DNA of 64,000 nucleotides. Origin: Mobula hypostoma. Lineage: Eukaryota. Positions 39,614-53,174 of the stretch are shown here, in pieces; positions within the stretch are counted from its first letter, which is position 1, and every line of letters begins with the position of its first letter. Under the pieces are notes generated by a model. That model saw nothing but the letters and a program-made list of their open reading frames with translations. It did not search any database and was not told where the DNA came from. Both the position numbers and the translations under genes were made by a program. The stretch spans positions 46,748,001-46,812,000 of the forward strand of contig NC_086119.1 of the NCBI RefSeq assembly GCF_963921235.1, in the 5' to 3' direction.

Positions 39614-41229
39614 GTAAGTCTACTCACCATATGTCTTGACCTGAATAGTTTTCTCAAATACCAGCTGCTGCCATTCCATTGTTGTAAATGCACTGTAAGT
39701 TCAGTGGAAGTATTCAGGCAGATATTGTAGATGCTGTGATCCGGTAGAAGCATGGAGGCTCCATTTATTGCAATTTGTTTTAATCATTTGTTTCATTCTC
39801 CATCCTAATCCAACAAAGCATTTTCCAAGTTGTTAACCATTTGAGCTTCGCTTTACTGGACAGACTATCTTCCAGGAGTGAAGCTGACTTATATCTTTCA
39901 AATGGTCCTCATGAGAAAGACTTTGCTTGCATTGTCTTCCTAGTTATAGCATTGTCACTACTAGAAAATATAGACTACCAGACAACAGAAACACTCACAA
40001 ATACTGGAGGAACTCAGCAGGTTGGTCAGCATCTATGGAAAAGAGTAAACAGTGGACGTTTAGGGCTGAGACCCTTCATCAGGTCTTAAAATGAAGGGGG
40101 AAGATGCCAGCCCCCATCTCTTTATTCTGGCGTCTTCCCCTTTCTGTCTCAGTCCTGAAGAAGCTCTTGGCCTGAAGCATCAACAGTTTACTCCTTTCCA
40201 TAGATGCTACCTAACCTGCCAAGTTCCTCCTGCATTTTGTGTCTGTTGCTTTGGATTTCCAGCACTTGCAGATGTTCTTGTGTTTATGATAGACTACAGT
40301 ATATCTTCTAGTAGAGGCAATGCCACAGCTAGCCAGACAATGCAAATGACTGGGTGGTGATAAAAGTGAAAAGGAATTGGGAGATTACATTGCAGTTATA
40401 TAAGATGTTGGTGAGGCCACACCTACAGTATTGTTAACAGATTTAGTTACTCCATTACGGGAGAGATGTCATTAAACTGGAAAGTATGCAAAGACATTTT
40501 GTGAGAATATTAACATGACAAATTCTGCAGATGCTGGAAATTCAAGCAACAAACATAGGGTCTCGGCCTGAAACGTTGACTGTACCTCTTCCTAGAGATG
40601 CTGCCTGGCCTGCTGCATTCACCAGCAACTTTGATGTGTGTTGTGAGAACATTGACAGGAATCGAGGGCCTGGTACAGAAAGAGGTTGGGAAGGATAGGA
40701 CTTGGAACATATGACTGAATTTATAGAGATCGTTAAAATCATGAGGGGTATAGACAAAATAAATGGGCATAGTCTTTTTCCCAAGGAAAGGGAATCAAAA
40801 ACTCGAGGGCCCAGGTTTAGGGTGAAAGAGGAAATATTTAAAAGAGACCTCTGAGGAAACTTCCTCACACAGAGAGTGGAGGGAATATGGAATGAGTTGC
40901 CAGAGGAAGTCATTGAGGCAGGTACAAAAACATTTAAAAGACACTTCTACAGGCACATGGGTAGAAATAGGCCAAACTTGGGCAACCGGGACTAGCTAAG
41001 TTGAGCACCTTGGTTTGCATTAATGAGTTGGTCTGAACGACCAGTTTCCATGCTGTTATTATTCTATGACTCTGATTCTGAAAGGACCATCAGGTTTTAC
41101 TCAAGGTCAGTAAATTCTTGTGATGTTGAACTGGAGGGGGCATATTAAAAAGTGAGTGTGCACTGATTGCAACTTGTCAGTAAGCCAGGAGTGGAGATGG
41201 TAAAGGGCTCATATCATAAAGTCTATAAA

Positions 41230-42235
41230 CAACACACACAAGATGCTGGAGGAACTCAGCAGGTCAGATTACATCAATGGAAAAGAGTAAACAGTTGATG
41301 TTTCAGGCCCAGACCCTTCATTAGGACTGGAAAGGAAGAGGTTAAAGTAAGAAGGTGGGGGCAGGGGAGGAAAAGTACAAAGTGGTAGGAGATAGGTGAA
41401 ACCAGGAGAGGAGAAGGGGTGAAGTAAAGAACTTGGAAGTTGATTGCTGAAAGAGATCAAGGACTGGAGAAGGGGGACTCTGATATGAGAGAACAGAAGA
41501 TCATGGAAGAAAGGGAAGGGGAGGAGCACCAGAGGGAAGTGATGGGCGGGTAACGAGATAAGGTGAGAGAAGGAAATGGGGATGGTCAAGGAGAGCAGGA
41601 GGTGGAATTACCTGAAGTTTGAGAAATCGATGTTCATGCCATCAGGTAGGAAGCTAGCTGGAAATCTCAAACTTCCAGCTGGATAAAAATAGAGATACTG
41701 TACATGGGTTCATTGTCCGTTGAGAAAATTTAGTGATTAATGCCACCTTTTTTGAGGCATCGTCTTTTGAAGATGTCCTTGATGCTAGGGGGCTGGTGCC
41801 CATGATGGAGCTGGATGAGTTTGCAACTTTCTGCAGATTTTCCTGGTCCTGTGCTGTGGCCCCTCCATACCGGACAGTGATGCAACCAGTCAGAATGCTC
41901 TCCACAGTGCATCTGTAGAAATTGGCAAGAGTCTTTGGAGAAATTCCAAGTCTCCTCACACTCCTAATGAAATATAACCACTGTTGTGCCTTCTTTGTAA
42001 TTGCATCAATATGTTGGGCTCCGGATAGATCTTCAGAGATGTTGACACCTGGGAATTTGAAGCTGTTCATCCTTTCCACTACTGATCCCTCGATAAGGAC
42101 TGATGTGTGTTCCCTCAACTTCCCTTTCCTGAAGTCCATAATGAATTCCTTGGGCTTACTGACATTGAGCGTAAGGGTTTTGTTGCGACATCACTCAACC
42201 AGCTGATCTATCTCACTCCCGTATGACCTGTCACT
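41230..42235 (-). mobile_element. Penelope terminal fragment (41230-41655) and Rex1-like LINE fragment (41700-42235)
   Basis: similar to the 6695-7080 segment; ORF 41654-42139. Confidence 0.8.
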
Positions 42236-42406
42236 TGAGTTTCGAGTAGTCTGCTATAACACACTCACTAACCAAATATGTGCTAATTATGTGCAGCTGT
42301 GGAGTAGATCTGTAAAAAGAATTCCAGGGAAGGCATTGCAAAGTCAAAAGGTCTTGCACTACAACCAGCACTATTTAACTTGCTGAACCAATTTGCTTTT
42401 TTTCAG

Positions 42407-42523
42407 TTATATGGTGTGAGAACAGCATGCCAAGATGTTCCAGTGGATACTGCATTAATAAAAACAATGGATTTTGTGATGGCATTGAAGATTGCTGGAA
42501 TGGAGAAGATGAAGCAGTTTGTG
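42407..42523 (+). CDS. Exon 6: LDL-receptor class A repeat 1 (IWCENSMPRCSSGYCINKNNGFCDGIEDCWNGEDEAVC)
   Basis: tttttttcag| acceptor and G|gtcagt donor; six Cys and CDGxxDCxxGxDE motif; phase 1>1. Confidence 0.92.
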
Positions 42524-44489
42524 GTCAGTTGGCTTGCAAAATGACCCCATGCTATCTATCATTCCACAGTGCAGTGGGGGTAAATTTGACATGGTGACAG
42601 GGGCTCCCACTGATCTACTGTAACATTCACCAAACAGATGCAGTATGCCTCTCCTCCATCTCTCCCCACCCAAACAAAATCTCAACATAAACAGCACACA
42701 AGCCATTCGCACTGAGATCTCAGCACCTCTTCCAACCAGTGACCCTGAACCCGACCCCATGTAGGGTCTTCAATGTATGTTGTCCAGTTTGTTACTTATG
42801 CTTCACTCAAGCCTCTTCCCTTGTCCACCCGCTAGCCATTTGTGCAAAACCTTCACTTTGAGTCTGCGGAGTCATATAGAACAGAACAAAGACATTCTAC
42901 TTAATTATTTATTTAGAGATACAGCACGGAGCAAACCCTTCTGGCCTAACGAGTCGTGCCGCCAAGCAGCCCGCCTACTTAACACTAGCCTAGTCACAGG
43001 ACAATTAACAATGACCAATTAACCTACTAACCAGTACGTCTTCGGACTGGGGGGTGGGGGGAAACCGGAGTAAGCGGAGGAATCACACGCGGTCACAGCA
43101 GGAATGCACCAACTCCTTACAGACATTGCCAGAATTAAACTCCAAAGTCTGACAACCGAGCTTTAGCAGCATTGCGCTAACCGCTATGCTACCGTAGTGC
43201 CCAAATTGCTAACCATCAAGGGTCTACCTGCAGTAATCCCACTTACCGGCATCTGCTGCCTAGACTACCATGCCTTGGTAATTCAAAGAGCTTCTTAAGT
43301 GTTGTGGGAGTGTCTGCCTCTGTCGCCCCCTGTTACGTTTCAGACCTCAACCACCATCTGAATGAAAAACATTCTTCCTTGCATTCACTCTAATCCTTTT
43401 CCCCCTTCCCTTAAATCTATGGCCTCTTGTTTTTGACACCTCTTCTCTAGCAAAGGGTTCTGTAGTATCTACCCTGCCTATGCATCTCATAATATTCTAC
43501 ACTATTGGATCACCCCTAGCTTGTCTGCTCCAGAGAAAACAAAGCCAGCCCACCTGTCTCTCCTCAGAACTAAAATCTTTCATGGGTGTTGGTATTGATT
43601 TATTATTGTCACACCTACTGAAATACAGTGGACACCTTGTCTTACAGATTAAATCATTACATAAAAACAGATCACAAATCATTGCAGAGAAACAAGGTAC
43701 AACAATAACAATGCAGAATAAAGTGCAACAGGGAGAGTGCAGTGCAGGTCCTCAATAAAGTGCAAGATTACACTGGGGTAGATTGTGAGGTCAAAAGTTG
43801 ATCTTACTGTAATAGGGAACCATTGATTAGTCTTATTACAGCAGGGTAGATGCTGTCCTTGAGCCTTCTGGTAAGTGCTTTTATATCTTCCACCTGATGG
43901 AAAAGGTGAGAAGAGAGAATGCCTGGGAAGGGTGGGGTCTTTGATTACGTTGACTAGAGGGGAGCTGGTTTCCATGATGTGCAAAGCTGTGTCCACAACC
44001 CCCTGCAGTTCCTTCCGGTCAATAAAAATTGGTGAGGGTTGACCGTGACATGCTAACTTTCTTTATCCCAGGTAACATCCTGGTGAATCTCCACTGCACC
44101 ATCTCCAGAGGATTCACATCCTCCCCATAGTGTGACATCTTGAACTACACATAATATTCGATCTGTGACCCAATGACAGTTTTATAAAGTTGTAACAAGA
44201 CCTCCCTACAGTTATATTTTACGGTAGGGCCAATGAAGGCAAGTATCCTGTATGTCTTTTTTGCCAATCTGTCTATGTGTGCTGCCACCTTTAAGGATCG
44301 TTGGCCTTATACACCAAGACCGCTTTGTTCCTCAGTATTCCCCAGGGCCCTTCCATTAATTCTAAATACCCTATGCGTATTAAACCCACTCCCCAAAAAT
44401 AATTCACCTTACACTTAACAGGATTAAGTTCCATCTGCCCAATGTACCACCTGATTACTATCACTCTCTAGCATTAAACTAGGGTAATT

Positions 44490-45345
44490 AAGTCATAGAA
44501 AACACAGCACAGAAACAGGCCCTTTGGCCCATCTAGTCCATGCTGAACCATTTAGACTGTTTACTCTCATTGACCTGCACCAGGACCATAGCCCTCCATA
44601 CCTCTACCGTCCGTGTACCTATTCAAATTTCTCTTAAATGTTGGAATTGAGCTTGCATACACCATTTGCGCTGGTAGCTCATTTCACATTCTCACAAAAC
44701 TCTGAGTGAAAAAGTTTCCACTCATGTTCCTGTTAAACTTTTCGCCTTTTACCCATTACCCAGGACATCTAGCGGTAGTCCCACCAACCTCAGTGGAAAA
44801 AGCCTGCTTGCATTTATCCTAACTATACGCCTCAATATTTTGTATACTTCCATCTAATCTCCTTTTAATCTTCTATATTCCAAGGAATAAAGTCCTAACA
44901 TATTCAATCTTTCCTTGAAATTCAGATCCTCCAGTCCCGACAACATCCTTGTAATTTTTCTCTATACTCTTTCAACTTTATTTACATCTTTCCTATAGGT
45001 GGGTGACCAAAACTGTACACAGTACTACAAATTAGGCCTCACCAATGCCTTATACAACTTTAATCTAACATCCCATCTCTTGTCCTCAATACTTTGATTA
45101 TGTAGGCCATTTTTACGACTCTATCCACCTGTGATGCTACTTTCAATGAATTATGAACTTGTATTCCCAGGTCCCTTTGTTCTACTGCAATCCTCAGTGC
45201 CCTACCGTTCACTATGTAAAACCTACCCTAGTTGGTCCTCCTGAAGTTCAACACCTCGCACTTGTCTGCATTAAATTCCATCTGCCACTTTTCAGCCCAT
45301 TTTTCCAGCTGTCCCAGATCCCACTGCAAGCCATGATGGAGAAGA
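44490..45345 (-). mobile_element. CR1 LINE 3' part
   Basis: LQWDLGQLEKWAEKWQMEFNADKCEV. Confidence 0.85.
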
Positions 45346-45685
45346 CTAGCCTCTTCACTTTTGAAGACATCACCAATTCTTGAGCTATTTGCAACCTCAC
45401 TAATCACACTCCCTACATTCACATCTATGTACTTATTGTGTATAATGTATGGGTGCCACAGCAATGTAGCAGTTAGTATAACTGTATTTCAGCTCAGGAC
45501 ATCAGAGTTTGGAGTTTGCTTCTGACTTTATCTGTAAGGAGTTTGTATGTCATGGTATGCACTGGTTTCTTCCCAGTGCTCTGGTTTCGTCTTACAATTC
45601 AAAGGTGTATCAGTTGGTAGGTTAATTGGTCATTGTAAATTTCCCATGATTAGCCTAGGATTAGTCGGTGGGTTATTGTCGGGAC

Positions 45686-46105
45686 TGTCGCAACCACAGA
45701 TTCGGCAGCAAGTAGATACGGCAATTGCGCTCGTGAATATGCATATGTCAGCTAAGTATTATTTCATTGTGATAGTATTTAACTCCTTTCATTCCGTTGA
45801 GTATTTGTCGAGACTTGGACACAGCAACACTTCGCTGCCTGTTTGCATTCTGCCTTGCTTGAGGAATTGGACTGTCGAGTCAACGGACTCTGAAGACTAG
45901 CAGTATTCATTTTATTCTTAGCTGTTCTTTTCAGTTGCAGTGTAGGCTTCGTTTTCCTTTTGAGAGTTTTAGTTAATGGCCTTGTTTGGCCTAGCACTTA
46001 TTGTTTTCTTTTCCCTTTAACACCGTTCGCATTAAAGTCAGCGAACTATCGAACTTCTTCAGTGTCTATCACTCCGCACTTGGGCCACGTCTGCATCGGG
46101 TGACA
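45686..46105. mobile_element. Solo LTR inserted in a SINE
   Basis: TGTCGC...GTGACA termini with perfect 5-bp TSD GGGAC. Confidence 0.75.
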
Positions 46106-47183
46106 GGGACGGCTTGAAGGGCCGGAAGGGACTATTCCACACTCTATCTCTCAACTAATAAGTAAATAAAATAACAGGCAAAAAGGGTCCCAGCTCCACT
46201 CCCTGTGGTACACTGTTCATCACAGGCTTCCATTTACAAAATCACCCCACCACCATCAATCCTTTTCTTATTACCAAATCAATTTTGGACCCAGGATCCT
46301 CACAGACTCTAACCTTTTTGATCAGCCTTCTGTGTGGATTCTTCTCAAAAGTCTTACTGGTGTCCAAGAAAACCATAGAGACCACATTGCCCTCAGTAAA
46401 TATATTAAGTTACCTTGTCATATAAACTCAACAAAATTAATCTGCCTGTTATTTAGTTGTTTATTTAGAGATCCAGTGTGGAATAATCCCTACTGGCCCT
46501 TTGAGCTGTCTGGAACATTAGCCAAGTGCTAGTTCTGTTTGTACTGTCCTGTCATTCAGCACACAAATTCTCCTCTCCTAACCTTTGCCTCTTTGGCTTC
46601 TGTGAAGTCAAACTGTGCACCGACTGACTTCTGTCATTATACACTTATATTACACAGAAGGCAAACGGTATATGGATCAAGCTGCCAGAAGAAGGGGCGT
46701 TTAAAACATATTTAGACATACTCAAGAAGAGGAAAAGTTTAGAGTGATATGGGCCAAACACAGGCATGTAAGACTAACTCTGAAAGACAACTTGGTGGGT
46801 ATGGACAAGTTGCGACGAAGGTCCTGTTTTCGTGCTGTGTACCAAAATGACTACAATTCTTGGACCTTGTTGTTTGTGAGAAATGTACAAAATGGTAAAT
46901 CTCTCTTCATTTTATGGGAAAATTCATGGCGGAGAGAAGAATCCTTTCAGCCCATTGTACTTGTGGTGGTCTTTGAAAAACAACACCCAGTTTATTCCAT
47001 TGTCCTCTCTCCTCTCCAAAAATGTCTCTGTCATTGTCCCTTTGAAAGTTACCATCAGCTTCCACACCTGTGTTGCTGTTCCTTTGGGTTTACAATAACT
47101 CACTGCATAACTAATATTTGCTTTGATTCTCCTCTGATTATTTTGCCCCCGCCTTAATTATGTGTCATATTTGCTCAACACAG

Positions 47184-47327
47184 AAGGCCATTCAACCACC
47201 CTGAACACACATCAGCAGTGTACAGCGGGCATGATGGTATGTGCAGATGACAACTGTTTAAATAAAGACAGCGGCTTCTGCGATGGTGATTCTGATTGTT
47301 CTGATGGAAGTGACGAATGGAATTGTG
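47184..47327 (+). CDS. Exon 7: LDL-receptor class A repeat 2 (...CTAGMMVCADDNCLNKDSGFCDGDSDCSDGSDEWNC)
   Basis: acacag| acceptor and G|gtgagt donor; canonical DCSDGSDE; phase 1>1. Confidence 0.93.
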
Positions 47328-48824
47328 GTGAGTTGCCTCATTATCTATTATTTTATTATTTTACTTTGAACTTTAAATATGACTAGATGTTTCTTTGTAG
47401 TTCGATATGCTACTGCTCTCTGTCCCGGGTTGTGGTTCCAGAGGGTATGTCTCTACCTGAAGCACAAACAGTATCTAGTGGCGGGAACCAGCTGGGTTTT
47501 TCTCTCAACAGCCCTCGCTGTGTCCTACCAGTTTGCAAGATCTCTGTGCAGGGGGGATGTGAAGAGGGCATTTCTTCTTGTGGCAGAGCACGGAACCAGC
47601 AGGGAATGTTTATAAAATAGGAGACGCTGGAGATGTGTACCCATGGCAAGGCATTTTCTAGGCAACCGGATTGTGAAGCCTTCGCAAGCCTCTTCCTCAA
47701 AGAGTGGTGGAAGCCAAGTTTGAACATTCTCCACATGGGCTTTCTTTGAGTGCTCGGCTTTCCTCCCGCATCTCAAAGGGGCGTAGGTTGAAAGATTAAT
47801 TGGCCATTGTAAATGGTGGGTAGGTGAGTGGGGTTGGTTGATGAGATAATGGAAAGAATAATAAATGGGGATTCGTGTAGGTTTTGTGGAAATGGGAGAC
47901 CATGGGCTTAAGGCCGTGTTCCCCTACTGCATGTCTCGATGACTTGCCTCATCCTGTTGCCTACAGTGGGTGAGTAGAACTGTAACTATTTGCTGGAACC
48001 CCAGCAGTCCCTTATAAAGGAGCCCAATTTAAGACCCATTGGCTGCTTTAGAAGCTCTCTAAGATTATGCTGATTCAGGCAACACTGGATCTTCAAACAG
48101 TTTCAGGCAGTTTGAGGCTGTTTCATCCTGAAGCATTAATTCTGTTTCTGTCTCCACAACTGCCTTCTTTCCAACATTTTCAGTTTTAATTTCAAACAGC
48201 TGTTGGCCATGAACACAAGTGCTCTAACCTACTAACAAATGATGGTTATTTCATTATTTCCTTTCACTATCCCTTTAGAATACATGGTAAACTGAGCTAA
48301 AACCTCACACGCCCATTACAAATCAAAAATTTAAAAATCTACACATGCTGGAAATTGGAAGTATAAACGGAATGTGTTGGAAATATTCAACAGGCAGCAT
48401 CTGAGAGTATTGACATGGTCAACATTTCAGGTCAGTGACCCTTCACCAGTTCTGAGAACTGGTCACTGACGTGAAATAGTAAGTGCGTGAGTCTCTCTCT
48501 CTCTCTCTCTCTCTGCAGATTTGCTGAGTATTGATATTTATTTTATTTAAAACCATTTGTGCTTATTCTACCTTGCCTGCATCAGATTGCGGAGCAATGC
48601 GATCTGGACTATTGCTCTCAACCACCTTGACATGAAACCATGTGTTCTGATACGGTGGTCAGTAGAGTGTTCTGTTGCCTTCTCCCTGGAAACATTGAGA
48701 ACTTCACCTCCAGTGTATGTCTCTCGTTCCTGAAATCCCAGCCTGTCCTCTTGTAGATATCAATACATTTCCAGGTTATTTCTACCATGTAATGAGATGT
48801 TTATCTTGTTTTAATTTGAACCAG

Positions 48825-48957
48825 ATTGTGAAATATCCCGTGCAACTGATTGCTCGTCAGTAGTGACCCTCACCGGAAGAAAGTATAGAAATCCTTGCCA
48901 AGGCTCTCTTATCTCCAACAAGTGGGTGCTGACCACTGAAAGCTGTGCTGAAGACAG
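48825..48957 (+). CDS. Exon 8: start of trypsin-like domain, His57 region degenerate (DCEISRATDCSSVVTLTGRKYRNPCQGSLISNKWVLTTESCAED)
   Basis: aaccag| acceptor and AG|gtataa donor; CQGSLISNKWVLTTESC corresponds to CGGSLISxxWVLTAAHC; phase 1>2. Confidence 0.9.
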
Positions 48958-51900
48958 GTATAAAGACCATTCTTTTTCCTTCAATAACAGGTTGAGACAG
49001 TGTGCTCACTGCCAGAAGCATACTTACTCATGCAGCAAGACTGAGATGCCCAGGCAAAGGGAGATGAAAGGGTAATAGCACGAAAACTGTGACATTGATC
49101 ATTTATTCCAGATGATCAATTACATTGTGATATCATTACATACCCTTTAAGTGAAAAGGGAGGCTGATGGATGAATGAATAAGTAAAAATACATACATAT
49201 AAAGAACGTAAAACTGCACAGTGTAAAGTAACAAACTATCTGCTGCGGGAACTCGGGATCAGCAGCATCTGTGACTAGAAAGGACCTGTTGATACTTCAG
49301 GTTGAAACCCTGCATCGGTTTTTCTTTCCCAAATGGACAACCCTTCCAGCACCTCAAGAAATTTGCCACAACTCTGAATTTCCAAGTCCTCCATCATCAA
49401 CGTCTTGGTGTCACCTTCAAGTAGAAACTCAGCTGGACCAGCCACATGAACGTTAGAGGCTGAGGATTGTGAAGCAAGTGACTCATGAAATTGGCTGTCA
49501 CATCTCTGCATTACAATAATATTTCATTGGTTAGGGATTTTCTGAGATTGTGTAAAAAGTCTTAATTTTTAAACTCATTTTCATTTGCTTTCGATTCTAA
49601 AATGTGACAGGCTAAATGAAAGAATGCTGCTGACCCTTTGGGATACTTGCCCATATTTCTTTGTTATACAGAAGGCCATTGGGCCCATTGAGTATATGCC
49701 AGCTTCCACAATCCCATTCACCTCACTCCCTCAACTATTTCCCTGTAACCTATTTCCCAGTTATAACCCTCCTTCTCCTATCACTCACCCATACACTAGG
49801 GGCAATGGAAAGTAGACAATTAACCAAACAATGCCCATATCTTTGGGATGAGAGAGGAAACCACAAGGTCACCGGGCAAACGTGCAAACTCCACACAGAC
49901 AATAACATATCGTTATAGAACAAGACCTAGATCCATAGTCAGGCTTAACCAGGGTCTTCAGAGCTGCAAAATGGAAACTCTACCTACAGCACCACTTTAT
50001 ATCATGCCAACACACACGTCCTAATCCATAGTTGCAGCAAATTTCTTGAGGAGCTGGAAGGGTTGTCACTTTGCCCATTAGGAACAAACTGATGCAGGGT
50101 TTCAACCTGAAACATCAGCAGATCCTTTCCTGCTGCAGGTGCTGCTCAACCCTCCTGAGTTCCCGCAGCAGACTGTTACTTCATACAGTACAGCTTCACA
50201 TTTTTTGTATGTATTTAACGGTATATTTACTCATTCATTCATCCATCAGCCTCCCTTTTCATTTAAACGGTCTCTATAGATATCACACTTTCTGTTATTT
50301 TTATTCAGTTAAAGGACATGGGCCTTGCAGGCTGAGACAGTATTTAATTCTTCTTCTTCAGCCTATCACCCCCACAAGCGCATAGGTAGCTCGCTACAGT
50401 CCTCTATCCTGGGTGAGTCTTTCAAGTTGTAGCCAGGTGTGGCCCATCTTCTTGGCATATCCTCCCTCTCCCAGGGATGAGGTCTTTGGAGCCTCTTTTG
50501 GCATCTCTGCAGCACTGGGTGTTTACGGAATGGGGATGCCACCCCACGCCCGTCCCTCCTTTCACAGCCAGACTTGGGACCGCGCATGGTGGAGTTACAG
50601 CATTTCATTACCTATCCATAATTGTCCTCGAAGGCAGCGGTGAGCTACCTTCTTGAACCACTCCCGTCCTTGTGGAATGGGAACATCCACAATCCCAGTA
50701 GGGAAGGAGTTCCCGTTATGACACGTACCCAAACATGCCAGCTTCTGGGGTATAGAAGCTCTAACTCTCTGGAATATGGATAGCTGGCACAGATTCAGGA
50801 CCATTCCGCTAATTGGCAGTCATGTTTTGGATGCCAAAAATTGAGTATTTAAAAAGCAGCTGAATGGAGCCTCAGTTAAATTGTAAGCCCAACCAGAGAT
50901 ATCGTCTAGCGTTTTGTTTTGTGCTCAGTTCTCCATCCAGTTTTATTCCATGTCCCGATCCTAGCCTCAGATACTCCAGCATTTGAGTCCAAACCATCCT
51001 CGTCCCCGTATGATTGAGCCAGCAAGGACCCAAAGGGGTAGCAGTGTCTTTTGTCCACATTTGATCAGACACAGCAAGAAGATTTCCAGACAGAGCCTGG
51101 AGATATGCCATCTCCAGGTAGCCATTTGTCAACTTTCACCAGGAGGAAGCCAGAGTCGCTCGGGAGAGCCAGCACATCTTGCAGCCCTGGAGAGATTCAA
51201 TAGTGACACGGGCTCTTGCTGTGGCTTCCTCATCCAGTGCTCATTAGTGTTCAAACTCCAGCCGTCCCAGTTCCCTTCAAAGTGTAGAAAGGTGCCTTCA
51301 TTATCTCTCTTCTGACTGGAAGAGCCCTGGCCTGGGCCACTGTGCATTGGGAATGAAGGTCGGAGGTTTTCTTGGATTCGGAGAAATCCATGGCCGCCAT
51401 CAGGAAGGTGTTCCAGCACCCTGCTGGAGCCAGCCACCCAGTCTGATGAAGATTCAACAGGTCAGACGGTCAGCGGCCAACTACACTATCAAGTTTTAGA
51501 CCTTAGCCCAAGAGAGAGGCTGGAACGGGGTGGGGGCGGGGGCCTTGGCCACTATAACACCATGGACTGTGAGATGAACTGAAGGAAGCCCTTGCCTTGG
51601 GAGAGCCACCAGAGGACTTGGAGGTTCTGATTGACAAATCTATTCGTCTTGATAAGTGTAAGTAGAACTACATCAAGAGGTCAAATAAGGCTAGCCTGAG
51701 CCTGGTCTCAAGGCATTGAAGTTCCACCCCACAATCTCAGATAATGACCATCCCATCTCCTGGTCAGGATACTGTCGAGCCCATGCAAATTGGCCGCATA
51801 GGAATCTCCGCCAATAAGAGGTTCCAGCGTCGGAGTCAAGGTTGTTGCTATTACTGCGGGAAAGCAGGTAACCAGTGGGCTGAATGTCCGAAGCTGCAGC

Positions 51901-53174
51901 CGTTGGAAGAACTGTTAAGACCATCCAGTATTGGGAGGACTGTGACGGTAGCGGCCACTACTCCCAACCTCACGGATTTTGGTGTCACGCTGAGGGCGGA
52001 GATCTCCTGGGCTGGGGTATGAACTGACTCGAGATGAATGCTTTTTTGGACTCTGGGGCAGCTGGAAATTCCCTGGACATGGGGACCAAGCATCGGCTGA
52101 ACATGTCACTGCAGAAGTTGGGCCAGCCCATGTTCCCAACTGTCTTGGACAGCTGCCGCTTGGTTCCGGGCAGATCCGGCAGCGGGCATTGGTCTTGCAG
52201 ATGGGGATAGTAGATCATGTGGAGGACGTTAGTTTTTATAGCATTGACTCCTTACATACCCCTGATCTTCGGCCACCTTGGCCCTCCCAGCGTCGCCCTT
52301 CCGTCAACTGCATGGTCCAGTCACTGCAAGAAGGTAAGTTTTCGGCCTGGTGTTCTCACCCCCAGACTCCCCTGAGACCAGTGCCCATTAAGGGAGCAGA
52401 CTTCTATTCAGGGTAACCTGGAGCCTTCAGGAAACACAGTCCTGCCTTCAAGGGTAGATAACACAGCTCCAGCAACAGGCCCGTGCGAGTCCCGGCCCTG
52501 TCCAGTCAGGGGTGTGCTGGAACTAGATCTTTATTCAGGAACAAGTCAAGCAGGCATCCAAGAGGTCTGGAACTCTAGCAGCTAATCTAAAGGGCTCCAG
52601 TTGACAGATCCCATCTAAGGGGAAGACTCCAAGATGGAGTTCTTTAAAACCTAGTCCCAGGAGCTCGAGGACCCCAGGCCTTACTGCCGATATCTGAGGA
52701 TACGGACGAGGATTTGGACTGTGACTTGGCCTCTGCTTTCACCAAAGACACTTGTGAACCTATGGAGAAGATCCTGGGGCTTGCTGAATCACCCCTGCTA
52801 CTCAGAGAGCCTCAGGAGTTGTTCTCAAAGGAAGGTTCAGGGCTAATTCCAGCATCCAGGCCAGCCGAAATCCCTTCTGCTTACACAGATTTGGAGGAGG
52901 CCTTCATCAAGGGAAAGTCCTCAACTCTTCCACTGCACCGACCCTATAATGTGCTACAGATCTACTGCCAGGGACCTGCCCTCTGTAGGGTCAATTGTAA
53001 GCAATCTCAGGCCTGGAAAGAAGCACTGTGGAGGAGTATGTTAAGAAGGCTCTTGCCCTGGGATTCATTCAGCCCTCTACCCCACCTGCGAGTGCTGGCT
53101 TCTTCTTTGTACGGAAAAAGGACAGGAGCCTGCGGCCATGTATTGATTATAGAGGGATGAATCGCATAATGGCC

